This document shows, piece after piece, positions 36,297 through 44,481 of a stretch of 64,000 nucleotides of DNA. How positions within the stretch are numbered: position 1 is the first letter of the stretch; the number at the start of each line of letters is the position of its first letter. This DNA comes from an uncultured Candidatus Saccharibacteria bacterium (GTDB lineage Bacteria > Patescibacteriota > UBA1384 > DTJR01), in NCBI GenBank assembly GCA_964580065.1, contig CAZOJE010000001.1, positions 87,717 to 151,716 on the forward strand, in the 5' to 3' direction. Under the pieces are notes generated by a model. That model did no database searches, was not told the origin of the DNA, and saw only the letters and a list, made by a program, of their open reading frames with translations. A program made the translations under genes and the position numbers.

Positions 36297-36805
36297 CGAT
36301 TGTATTTAATGACAAGCATCTTCGCAATAGGCCGGTAGCTTTTGCTCGTTTCAAATGATGTACTAAAAATGATAAGAAACCCTTTGAACGCTAGACTTGT
36401 TTGAACGGCACGGCAAAATTTGAGAACAATTTAGCGAATTTGACGAAAATAAATTATAAAAGTATTGGATAACCGAATTTATTAAAAACGAAATTCGGAC
36501 TTATTTTGAAAAGAAAAACTCCGAAACAACAAATACATCATAGCGTGTTTTCTTCTGTTGGAGCTTCTACCTTCGCTCTTCGAGCTACGGATAGACAGGC
36601 GGGCGGAGCAAGGCGGCGCCCTCGCAAACAAAAAATTTTTTTATTTATGGCCGTGGCATCTCGAGGGTGGAACTAGAGATCTTTTTGTTTAAAAAACGGC
36701 CGAAAATTTGAAGTTTGAATTGGGAAGGAGGAAGAAAAGGTTGAAAAAAGAAAATAATTGGTAAATAATGAAATCAAACAGGACAATTATTGAGGAAGGA
36801 AAAAT

Positions 36806-38830
36806 ATGCCAGTTGAGTCAGGCCCGGGACCAAAATTTCTAGAACAAAAATACTATTTGCACAATAGCGACGAAGTTAAATCTGCGAAAAAACGGAGCGA
36901 AGTTCGAGATGGCGAGGAAATCAGACAAAATCCAGATGAGCTAATTCAAAATTATTTGGATCGCTTCAAAGAGATTACAGACCGAACCGATCCGGAAAAA
37001 CGCCAGCGAGGCATTGAAGCACTAAAAAAAGTTTTACATGATAAATTTATTGTCAAACCGGAAGAGATTCCAGAAAGCTACTGGGAATCGCAAAAACGAA
37101 TTATCCGCGAACGGGGCCAAGGCGCTGACTTGGAGCAAGCTGATTGGAATGAACTCAAAAGACAAAACACTGAAGCAATAATTGCAGATCAAAACTCATC
37201 ACTTGATAACTGGATTGATTATCTAACATCACCCGATGCAACCTATCCTGACTGGCTAAAATATTTTGCTTTTCGCAGCATTACAACAATGGGCGGCTTT
37301 GACAAAGAGCGATATGTTTTTTCCAAACGCTCGACTGGTACAACCAAGCCATTTCCAGATATCAATCGTGAGGCCTTGGCATATGTGCTTGATGCAGTTG
37401 AAAAAGGTCAAAGCCAGAAGTATTTTGATTCAAAAGAGAGTGTTCGACAGCTAAAGAATCAAATCAAAAAATTAAAAGGCGAACAAAGAAGCGGCGCAAC
37501 AATCCAAGAAGTGGAGATCTCAAATCTACAGGATAAAATATCTGAGGAGGAGAAGAGGCAAAAAGAGATTGTATTTGGCGCTTTGGCAGAAGAAAGCTCC
37601 GATGAGGAGCTATCGACGCTTCTTCGCGATCAAGATTTTGCCAAACTCTACGCTTGGGCAATTGAAAAAGTTACTCCGGCTTCAGTTGAACAAATCACAG
37701 TAACCGAAGGCAAGTGGGTTAAATACGACCAAGGATCCGACCATATGCCTTTAGTTCAGTCGCTACAGGGACATGGAACCGGCTGGTGCACCGCCGGAGA
37801 ATCGACAGCCAAAACCCAACTTCGCGGGGGAGACTTTTATGTGTACTACTCGCACGATCAACAAGGCCAGCCGACAATTCCGCGTGCCGCTATTCGAATG
37901 GAAGAAGGAAAAATCGCTGAAGTTCGCGGTATTGCTGCAGAACAAAACCTCGACCCATACATTGCTGATGTCGTCCAGGACAAATTACAGGAATTTCCCG
38001 ACGGCAAAGCTTATGAAAAGAAAAATTCTAATATGAAACAATTGACGGAAATCGAGAATAAAATGAGGTCCGGACAAGAACTTTCTAAAGCAGAGTTGGT
38101 TTTTCTTTATGAAATTGATCAACCGATCGAGGGTTTTGGTTATCAGCGCGATCCGAGAATCGAAGAACTTCGTAGCCAGAGAAATGCAACGGAAGACGCA
38201 CCAATAGTATTGGATTGCCAACCGGAAGAGATTGCTCGGAGTGCTGATCAAATACAAGAAAATACCAAATCCTACATTGGACCATTATTTCCGGGAATTT
38301 TTAAGCTACAAAATATTGAAAATATCTACACCTCATTTCCTGAAGGTAAAGTTCGGAAAAGCGAACTGGAGATTGGTGGCAAAACTAAGGTTGAATTAGT
38401 CGCGGAGTTAAAGGCTAGAGGTATAAAAATTTATGATTATGCTCAGGATATGTTAGATAGTCCAGAATTTGCGACTCAATCAAATCCTGAACAAATTGAT
38501 TTAGTCCGCCTAAAGGTTCGAGATTTTGGTTTCCCAAATGGCGCTACGACCGAACAAATTTATGCCAAAGCAGAAGAATTTGGACTTGAACTCTGTCCGG
38601 CGGAAGTCGGACCGCATCAAAGATTAAAAGATTTAGATCAACCGCTAGCTGCCTGGTACAGAATTGCTATGAAGCAAATTTCAGGCCGGAACGGCCTCCC
38701 TAGCGTCTTCGACTTGGGACACAATGACGTCCGCTTGTGGCTCAACTACAGTTGGGCGGTACCTGGCAACGAGTGTGACGCTGGCCTTGTGCTCATGTTC
38801 CGTCTTCGCAAGTTTCCTCAAGAATCTTGA
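36806..38830 (+). CDS. Large (674-aa) cytoplasmic hypothetical protein, no recognisable domains; coiled-coil middle, GC-richer 3' end
   Basis: Good SD (GGAAGGA), no signal peptide/TM; Cys-containing segment …HGTGWCTAGES…; 3'-terminal ~200 nt noticeably GC-richer than neighbours. Confidence 0.55.
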   Translation: MPVESGPGPKFLEQKYYLHNSDEVKSAKKRSEVRDGEEIRQNPDELIQNYLDRFKEITDRTDPEKRQRGIEALKKVLHDKFIVKPEEIPESYWESQKRIIRERGQGADLEQADWNELKRQNTEAIIADQNSSLDNWIDYLTSPDATYPDWLKYFAFRSITTMGGFDKERYVFSKRSTGTTKPFPDINREALAYVLDAVEKGQSQKYFDSKESVRQLKNQIKKLKGEQRSGATIQEVEISNLQDKISEEEKRQKEIVFGALAEESSDEELSTLLRDQDFAKLYAWAIEKVTPASVEQITVTEGKWVKYDQGSDHMPLVQSLQGHGTGWCTAGESTAKTQLRGGDFYVYYSHDQQGQPTIPRAAIRMEEGKIAEVRGIAAEQNLDPYIADVVQDKLQEFPDGKAYEKKNSNMKQLTEIENKMRSGQELSKAELVFLYEIDQPIEGFGYQRDPRIEELRSQRNATEDAPIVLDCQPEEIARSADQIQENTKSYIGPLFPGIFKLQNIENIYTSFPEGKVRKSELEIGGKTKVELVAELKARGIKIYDYAQDMLDSPEFATQSNPEQIDLVRLKVRDFGFPNGATTEQIYAKAEEFGLELCPAEVGPHQRLKDLDQPLAAWYRIAMKQISGRNGLPSVFDLGHNDVRLWLNYSWAVPGNECDAGLVLMFRLRKFPQES

Positions 38831-38922
38831 CTTCTAATACACAGAAGAGCGTGAGCCGAACCAAATTGGCGGTTGGCTCGGCGAGCATTTCAACTTTCAA
38901 AAATTTTTCAAAAAGTATGAAT

Positions 38923-38998
38923 TGGTCGGGCCAGCGAGACTCGAACTCGCGACCTCCGGACCCCCAGCCCGGCGCACTACCAACTGTGCTATAGCCCG
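38923..38998 (-). tRNA. tRNA-Pro (anticodon GGG)
   Basis: Minus strand cloverleaf: acceptor CGGGCUA/UGGCCCG, anticodon arm CCGGG-CUGGGGG-UCCGG, T-loop GUUCGAGUC, 3' CCA. Confidence 0.75.
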
Positions 38999-39174
38999 TT
39001 TACGCATTAAACTAAGCGGCCTTGGTGCTGGGGGACTGTCCGTCTTGCGCTAAGTGGGTGAACGCACTCTTGAACCAAAGTTTAAGAAAATGTTGTTCTC
39101 CCAATAATATTTGTGTTCAGACAAATGCGCACCAGCAGATCAAGGCCACCCTTAATTTAGCACAATTTTTATTC

Positions 39175-39780
39175 TTATGAAATGAGACCGATGAGGAATT
39201 GGCTGATTTTGCCAACAAACGTGAGCAAAAAATTATTAGCCGTAGATGAAAAAATTAAAACGGCAATCAAAATAACCGGCCCAAATCTTTCAAGGGTGAA
39301 AGCGCTTTCGGCTGGTAAAATAAGATACCAGATTTTACTGCCGTCTAAAGGGGGAATAGGCAACAGATTAAAAACGCCCAAAGTTATGTTGATTTGAATT
39401 AAAAGATACAAAATTGTTCTTAAAATTGACGTATCAGGGAAGAACCTCATTACTAGGGCGGCTACAACAGCAAAAACAAAATTGGCTAACGGCCCAGCCA
39501 TCGAAGAAAGAAAATAATCCCTTGTGGGGTTTTTAAAATTGCGCGGGTCAATCATCACTGGTTTGGCCCAGCCAAAAACCGGCGCTCCAGTAATGGCTAA
39601 AACAAGGGGAACAATCACCGTGCCATACATATCAATGTGAGCGAGGGGGTTTAATGTCATGCGCCCTTCGACTTTGGCGGTAGCGTCGCCTAATTTATAA
39701 GAAGCCCAAGCGTGAGCCGCTTCATGAGCTGCCAAACAGATAAAAAATACTATTATTTGGATTAATAAGGCGATAATCAT
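39175..39780 (-). CDS. M50-family (site-2 protease-like) membrane zinc metalloprotease
   Basis: HEAAH in first TM region (…AAHEAAHAWAS…), multiple TM helices. Confidence 0.65.
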   Translation of the reverse strand: MIIALLIQIIVFFICLAAHEAAHAWASYKLGDATAKVEGRMTLNPLAHIDMYGTVIVPLVLAITGAPVFGWAKPVMIDPRNFKNPTRDYFLSSMAGPLANFVFAVVAALVMRFFPDTSILRTILYLLIQINITLGVFNLLPIPPLDGSKIWYLILPAESAFTLERFGPVILIAVLIFSSTANNFLLTFVGKISQFLIGLIS

Positions 39781-39834
39781 CTTGATTTATCTTATTTAAT
39801 TTGCTAATCTACTTTAGTAATTAACATTATAAAT

Positions 39835-40044
39835 ATGGCAAAAGTAGAACTTAAACACAAGTCGAGCAATTCCTGCGCAATTTGCGGCAAAGCAGATATG
39901 TCTATTTTGAATAGGCCCCACTCTTTGCACAAAACAAAAAGGATTGTTAAACCAAATTTCCAAAAAAGATGGGGAGTTGAGCTTTGTCAAAACTGTTTCA
40001 GGACAGTCAAAAAGCACAACATCGAGCTAACGGGTGATATTTAA
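39835..40044 (+). CDS. rpmB: 50S ribosomal protein L28
   Basis: …CAICGK…NRPHSLHKTKRIVKPNFQKRW… matches L28 core (NRSHALNATKRRF.PNL…W). Confidence 0.65.
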   Translation: MAKVELKHKSSNSCAICGKADMSILNRPHSLHKTKRIVKPNFQKRWGVELCQNCFRTVKKHNIELTGDI

Positions 40045-40373
40045 GCGTCTTTTTTCGATTCAGAAACGAGTTTGCTATAACAATCGGCGCATAAGGCAAC
40101 GCGGTCTTTTGGCGGAGGGGCAAGCATGCCACCGTCTTTATCGCATACGCCGCAGTGAATATAGAACATACCATTTTCACGCAATTTGTTGGCTTTTTCG
40201 CGGCACCGATTACATTTTTGCGGTTTTTTAGCAAATCCTTTTTTCTTGTAATAGAGCTGTTCTCGAGCGGTCCAAACAAATTCCTGCTGGCAGGTTTTGC
40301 AGAAAATCTTAATGTCTTGTAGTGGTTCCATTTTATTGATTAAATCTAAGAACAATTTTATTAGAGTTTGCAC
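40041..40373 (-). CDS. Small protein with four CxxC pairs (zinc-ribbon)
   Basis: CKTCQQ…CNRCREK…CGVCDKD…CADCYSK. Confidence 0.4.
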   Translation of the reverse strand: MQTLIKLFLDLINKMEPLQDIKIFCKTCQQEFVWTAREQLYYKKKGFAKKPQKCNRCREKANKLRENGMFYIHCGVCDKDGGMLAPPPKDRVALCADCYSKLVSESKKDA

Positions 40374-41066
40374 CGGAGGTCAAATATGGAGCTGTTTTTT
40401 GAAAAAGTTTTGGAAAAATTAACCGGCTCCCAACCTGTTTTAATTGCTGGCCCGTCTGGAAAGCGAGAGGGTATTGCTAAACTCGTTATAGAAGAGCTAA
40501 AAATTTCCCGATCTGATTTAGCAATTTTTTCTTCAGATCAACCGGTGGCGCAACTGCGCGAAATTATTGGCAATCTTTCAGTCAAGCCGCACAGCAGCCA
40601 ATATCGTCTGCTTATAATAAAAGATGCTGATAAAATTAATTCTCAATCAGCCAATACACTGCTAAAAAACCTCGAAGAACCACCTTTTTATCAAAGAACA
40701 ATCCTTTTTTGCAATTCATTTTCGGCGGTTTTAGCCACAATAAAATCGAGATGTAAAAAGCTTGTTTTGCCCGATAAACATCTTGCTAACGAAGGCGAAG
40801 ATTTAACAAGTTTTTTTGATTCTCCCAGTTTTATTGATTTTTCAAAATATATTGAGAAAAAAGAGGGGGCAGAGCTTGGCGAAATAGTGGCTAACACCCT
40901 TGAAGTTATGAGATTAAAAGGGTTAAATAAGACTGAAGAACATTTATATAAAGATTTAGCTTCAGCTTTTATAAAAATTTCAAGCTCAAACATCAATCCA
41001 AAAATAAAATTGGAAGAGGTGTACCTAAAGTTTTTACAAAAAAATGCCAGAAATAATTTACCCTAG
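40368..41066 (+). CDS. holB: DNA polymerase III delta' subunit-like (short form)
   Basis: P-loop-like LIAGPSGKREG, SANTLLKNLEEPP (delta' sensor motif), only 232 aa. Confidence 0.6.
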   Translation: MHRRSNMELFFEKVLEKLTGSQPVLIAGPSGKREGIAKLVIEELKISRSDLAIFSSDQPVAQLREIIGNLSVKPHSSQYRLLIIKDADKINSQSANTLLKNLEEPPFYQRTILFCNSFSAVLATIKSRCKKLVLPDKHLANEGEDLTSFFDSPSFIDFSKYIEKKEGAELGEIVANTLEVMRLKGLNKTEEHLYKDLASAFIKISSSNINPKIKLEEVYLKFLQKNARNNLP

Positions 41067-41664
41067 TTTAATCATTCTTTCACTTGTGACAATTTTTATC
41101 ATAATTTGGCGCAAAGCATATTATGTACAGTCAACCGGTCTTGATATTCAGCCGAAAACTCCAGCTATTGAAGAAGCAGCAATACCAACAGAAGAATTAG
41201 AGCCGCTCAAAGAAGAAGATTTTAGCGATTTTTGGAGCGGAGTTGAAATACAAGAGGAAAAAGAACCTATGCCAAGTCGGAAAATTGTAAAAAAAGTGAC
41301 AAAAGAAGCGGCGCCGGAAGAAATGACCAGAGCCGAAGAATTGTTTAAAAAAGGACAATATATTTCTGCTGAAAAATGGTACATCGAGGCGGCCAAAAAA
41401 ACGCCAAAAGAATCCAGGATATATTCGCGACTGGGTATAATTTATCTGGAACAAAAAAACTTTCCCGATGCAGAGGAGGCCCTTAAGGAGGCGATTCGAT
41501 TAGATGATTCTGTTTCTAGCCGTCTTTTTAATCTGTCATATACTCTTTGGTGTCAAAGTAAGTTTAAGGAATCGTTAATGTATGCCCGAAAAGCCACAAA
41601 AACTGATCCTCAAAACCAAAAATATAAATCTTGGTACGAAAAATTGCGTTCCGAAGGATTTTAA
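41044..41664 (+). CDS. N-terminally anchored TPR-repeat protein
   Basis: TM IYPSLIILSLVTIFIIIW, acidic linker, 3 TPR-like repeats (…AEKWYIEAAKK…, …AEEALKEAIRLD…). Confidence 0.55.
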   Translation: MPEIIYPSLIILSLVTIFIIIWRKAYYVQSTGLDIQPKTPAIEEAAIPTEELEPLKEEDFSDFWSGVEIQEEKEPMPSRKIVKKVTKEAAPEEMTRAEELFKKGQYISAEKWYIEAAKKTPKESRIYSRLGIIYLEQKNFPDAEEALKEAIRLDDSVSSRLFNLSYTLWCQSKFKESLMYARKATKTDPQNQKYKSWYEKLRSEGF

Positions 41665-41800
41665 TCTTCGTATTGAGTAAATCAATCTTTTCTGCTATCT
41701 TATATAGCAGTTTTGGCTGTAGTATTTGTGGCATGGCAGAATTTGGCAGACTTATCATAAAACGAAATTTATCTTATACTTACAGTAAAGTTTTAGTTGT

Positions 41801-41875
41801 GCCAACGTAGCTCAGCGGTAGAGCAGCTGTTTTGTAAACAGCAGGTCGTGGGTTCAAATCCCTCCGTTGGCTCCA
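41801..41875 (+). tRNA. tRNA-Thr (anticodon UGU)
   Basis: Acceptor GCCAACG/CGUUGGC, anticodon arm GCUGU-UUUGUAA-ACAGC, GGTTCAAATCC T-arm, CCA. Confidence 0.75.
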
Positions 41876-41882
41876 GAGAAAT

Positions 41883-41969
41883 GCCGGGTTGGCAGAGTGG
41901 TCAATTGCATCTGACTGTAAATCAGACGCCCTTGCGGCTACGGTGGTTCGAATCCATCACCCGGCACCA
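41883..41969 (+). tRNA. tRNA-Tyr (anticodon GUA), long variable arm
   Basis: Acceptor GCCGGGU/ACCCGGC, anticodon arm UCUGA-CUGUAAA-UCAGA, 15-nt variable arm, GGTTCGAATCC, CCA. Confidence 0.85.
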
Positions 41970-41976
41970 GAAAGAT

Positions 41977-42106
41977 AGTTGGTTAGTGGTTAGTTTTTAG
42001 TGGTTAGGGGAGAAAAGAGTCAGTAGGTTAGTCGGTTAGCGGGTAGCAAATAGTAAGTTAGTAGGTTAGTGGGTAGCAAATAGTAGGTTAGTTGTTAGTG
42101 GTTAGG
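41977..42106. repeat. Array of ~14 degenerate GGTTAG(T)-type heptamer repeats with a ~30-nt internal duplication, between tRNA-Tyr and tRNA-Thr
   Basis: GGTTAGTGGTTAGTTTTTAGTGGTTAGGGG…GGTTAGTCGGTTAGCGGGTAGCAAATAGTAAGTTAGTAGGTTAGTGGGTAGCAAATAGTAGGTTAGTTGTTAGTGGTTAGG. Confidence 0.6.
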
Positions 42107-42138
42107 AAATACAGAAAAATTCAAAAACTAACCAAAGT

Positions 42139-42214
42139 GCCGAGATAGCTCAGTTGGTAGAGCACATCCATGGTAAGGATGGGGTCAGGGGTCCGAATCC
42201 CCTTCTCGGCTCCA
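42139..42214 (+). tRNA. tRNA-Thr (anticodon GGU)
   Basis: Acceptor GCCGAGA/UCUCGGC, anticodon arm CAUCC-AUGGUAA-GGAUG, GGTCCGAATCC, CCA. Confidence 0.85.
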
Positions 42215-42270
42215 GACAAGTGAATGAGCCGTGAACCCCACGTGTTTATGGCCAAAATAAAAGGAGAATT

Positions 42271-42492
42271 ATGAAAAAATTTTTTACTTCATATGTTTTG
42301 TCGGTTCCGCTGCTACTAGCAGGATTAGTTTGTCTGATCCAAGCAAGTAATAGTTCCTTAACTGTTGCGGCCGACGAGATTAACAGTGGCTCAATGTCGA
42401 GCAGTCGATTGCTGATTGGCACGGGCGTGGTTTTATTTGTTTTGGGGTTTGTTTCAATTGTTTTTAGATTTATGTCAAAGGACAAGAGGTAA
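42271..42492 (+). CDS. Small secreted/membrane protein
   Basis: Signal peptide + C-terminal TM; no motifs. Confidence 0.3.
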   Translation: MKKFFTSYVLSVPLLLAGLVCLIQASNSSLTVAADEINSGSMSSSRLLIGTGVVLFVLGFVSIVFRFMSKDKR

Positions 42493-42494
42493 AA

Positions 42495-42662
42495 ATGGCA
42501 AAAAAAGGAACCAGACTAAATAATCTAGTTTTGGAGTGCACTGTTTGCGGCCGCCGAAACTATGTTTCGGCCAGATCCAATATTCAGCCAATCAAGAAGC
42601 TGGAGCTTAAAAAGCACTGTCTGAACTGTCGCAAGCATACAGCACACAAAGAGTCCAAGTAA
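42495..42662 (+). CDS. rpmG: 50S ribosomal protein L33 (55 aa; absent from ORF track, <60 aa)
   Basis: MAKKGTRLNNLVLECTVCGRRNYVSARSNIQPIKKLELKKHCLNCRKHTAHKESK: two CxxC pairs + KLELKK core typical of L33; sits before tRNA-Trp as in many bacteria. Confidence 0.65.
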   Translation: MAKKGTRLNNLVLECTVCGRRNYVSARSNIQPIKKLELKKHCLNCRKHTAHKESK

Positions 42663-42695
42663 TTTTGGGCTCTTTGTATTAAAATATAGATATGT

Positions 42696-42771
42696 AGGGG
42701 TGTAGCTCAGCTGGTAGAGCGACGGTCTCCAAAACCGCAGGTCGCGGGTTCGAATCCTGCCACCCCTGCCA
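42696..42771 (+). tRNA. tRNA-Trp (anticodon CCA)
   Basis: Acceptor AGGGGUG/CACCCCU, anticodon loop CUCCAAA, GGTTCGAATCC, CCA; one A·C mismatch at top of anticodon stem. Confidence 0.75.
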
Positions 42772-42859
42772 TGAACCATGCATTGAGTAGGGGACTAAAA
42801 ATCGTCCCTTTTTTGCATTTTGTTTGCTACCGTTCATACTTTATTTGTTATTTTAACTT

Positions 42860-43843
42860 TTAAACAAAGTTCAATAAGTAACCCATCAAAACAATTCCGA
42901 ATATCGTAATGCCGAAGAATATCGCCAATAGCTGCCATTTCATTACTTTTTTAAGCATCAGCGCTTCCGGAAGTGATAGGGTTACAGTTGCTGTCATAAA
43001 CGCCAGTGCCGTTCCAATTGGCACGCTCTTGCCAACTAATGCTTGAATAATAGGGATTACACTAACAGAATTGGCATAGAGCGGGGCTCCAATCAGGGTA
43101 GCGGCAGGAACGGTCCACCAAGCTTTCATGCCAAGATATTTTTCGATTAAGGATTGGGGGATAAATCCGTGAATGATTGCTCCGACAGCTACGCCAAGAA
43201 TTACATAAGGAAAAATCTTTTTAGTAATGCTAATGCCGTCATTCCACCAAAGCTTTAATCTTTGTGAAAAGGTTGGTTCTTGTCCTCCGTTATCAGAGGT
43301 AACTTGAGCTCTATTCTTAAACTGTAATAGTTCTGCATTTACATATTTATCTACTTTTAGTTTTTGAATTAACATACCGCCCAAGATGCTGACCACAATT
43401 CCCAACAGGTTGTAGAGGATTGTTGTTTTTATTCCAAACAGTGCCGGGAATAAGAAAAGCGACGATTCGTTCATGAGCGGAGAACTTATTAAAAAGGCAA
43501 AGGTTACCCCGAGAGGAATCCCCGCGCTAAGAAAACCAATAAAAAGCGGAATGGAGGAACAGGAGCAGAAGGGAGTTACTACGCCCAGCAGCACAGCAAA
43601 TAGATAGTCTAAACCGAACCAGCGTCTTTTCGTCAGGATGTCCCTCACTTTTTCCATTGGAAAATAATAGCGAGTTACGGCCATTAAATAATTAATAGCC
43701 AGTAGTAGCAAACCAATCTTTATCGAGTCATAAACAAAAAAGCTTACAGCATCGCCAAGATATGTGCCTTTTTCAATGTTTAGCCAGTTATAAGTTAAAA
43801 CATTTACAAACAACTCAATCGGCTTAAATACGTCCATAATCAC
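42860..43843 (-). CDS. ArsP/YraQ-type (DUF318) permease
   Basis: 8+ TM helices with …TPFCSCSSIPLFIGF… motif. Confidence 0.6.
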   Translation of the reverse strand: MIMDVFKPIELFVNVLTYNWLNIEKGTYLGDAVSFFVYDSIKIGLLLLAINYLMAVTRYYFPMEKVRDILTKRRWFGLDYLFAVLLGVVTPFCSCSSIPLFIGFLSAGIPLGVTFAFLISSPLMNESSLFLFPALFGIKTTILYNLLGIVVSILGGMLIQKLKVDKYVNAELLQFKNRAQVTSDNGGQEPTFSQRLKLWWNDGISITKKIFPYVILGVAVGAIIHGFIPQSLIEKYLGMKAWWTVPAATLIGAPLYANSVSVIPIIQALVGKSVPIGTALAFMTATVTLSLPEALMLKKVMKWQLLAIFFGITIFGIVLMGYLLNFV

Positions 43844-43850
43844 CTTTCAA

Positions 43851-44153
43851 TTATTTGTTGTCGCAAGCACAACTAAAACCGTCTTTAGCTTCTTTTGGTA
43901 CCTTACTGATAACTGATTTCTTCCCTTCTAGTAGCTCTTTTATTTCGTTGATGCTCAATACTTTGCCGGCAGATACAACCTTATCCTCTATTATAATGGC
44001 AGGAAGAGACATAATCCCATAAGATGATATTTCTTGAAAATCCTCAATCTTTTCAACTTTTGTATCTAGACCAAGTGCTTTTGCCGCCTCCTCAACATTT
44101 TGCTTAAATTTCTTGCATCTTCCGCAACCAACGCCTAATACTTTAATAATCAT
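43851..44153 (-). CDS. Thioredoxin-fold redox-active disulfide protein
   Basis: 100 aa, N-terminal …VLGVGCGRCKK… CxxC; permease-coupled. Confidence 0.6.
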   Translation of the reverse strand: MIIKVLGVGCGRCKKFKQNVEEAAKALGLDTKVEKIEDFQEISSYGIMSLPAIIIEDKVVSAGKVLSINEIKELLEGKKSVISKVPKEAKDGFSCACDNK

Positions 44154-44472
44154 TATTATTTCCTTTCTTTTGGCTTAATACCTTATTAAGGATTTCTTTA
44201 TATTTATTTAACTTATCCTCATTGATTGAGTAATAAACATTCAAACCCTCTTTTCTAGAAATTAAGAGGTCAAAATCTTTTAGTACTTTCAAATGGTGAG
44301 AAACGAGATTCTGGGGGAGTTCGAGAAAATGCCAAATTTCGCAAACACACTGTTCGCCAGATTGCAAAAAACAGATAATCTTTAATCGGTTTTCCTCCGA
44401 AATTATCCTTAAAAAATCAGCAAATAAAGATATGTTGATATTATCTTTTTTACAAATATTAATTTTGTTCAC
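44143..44472 (-). CDS. arsR: ArsR/SmtB-family metalloregulatory transcriptional repressor
   Basis: wHTH …CVCEIWHFLELPQNLVSHHLKVLKDFDLL… with metal-site Cys pair in helix 3 region. Confidence 0.8.
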   Translation of the reverse strand: MNKINICKKDNINISLFADFLRIISEENRLKIICFLQSGEQCVCEIWHFLELPQNLVSHHLKVLKDFDLLISRKEGLNVYYSINEDKLNKYKEILNKVLSQKKGNNNDY

Positions 44473-44481
44473 TTTTAAAGT

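Noticed and set aside
34790-36300. GC-rich island as an IS element, group II intron or retron
   Set aside because: No transposase DDE/HTH motifs, no reverse-transcriptase (YADD) or maturase motifs, and no intron domain V-like sequence were seen. The two ORFs are short and unlike those families.

The mobile-element nature remains possible but unsupported, so it is reported as a compositional island instead.
38831-38922. Imperfect hairpin GAGCCGAACC…GGTTGGCTC between the 674-aa gene and tRNA-Pro as a terminator or att site
   Set aside because: It is an imperfect stem without a U-tract on either strand. I could not find a matching repeat of the tRNA 3' end elsewhere by eye. It is left as uncalled, and I suggest a computational att-repeat search instead.
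41797-42000. 67-aa ORF in the six-frame track
   Set aside because: It lies entirely over tRNA-Thr and tRNA-Tyr sequences. It is an artefact of tRNA genes having open frames.
41977-42106. GGTTAG repeats as telomere-like (TTAGGG) sequence or as a CRISPR array
   Set aside because: The permutation match to eukaryotic telomere repeats is coincidental in a bacterial intergenic spacer between tRNAs. It is not CRISPR either: no regularly spaced unique spacers, the unit is only 6-7 nt, and there are no cas genes.
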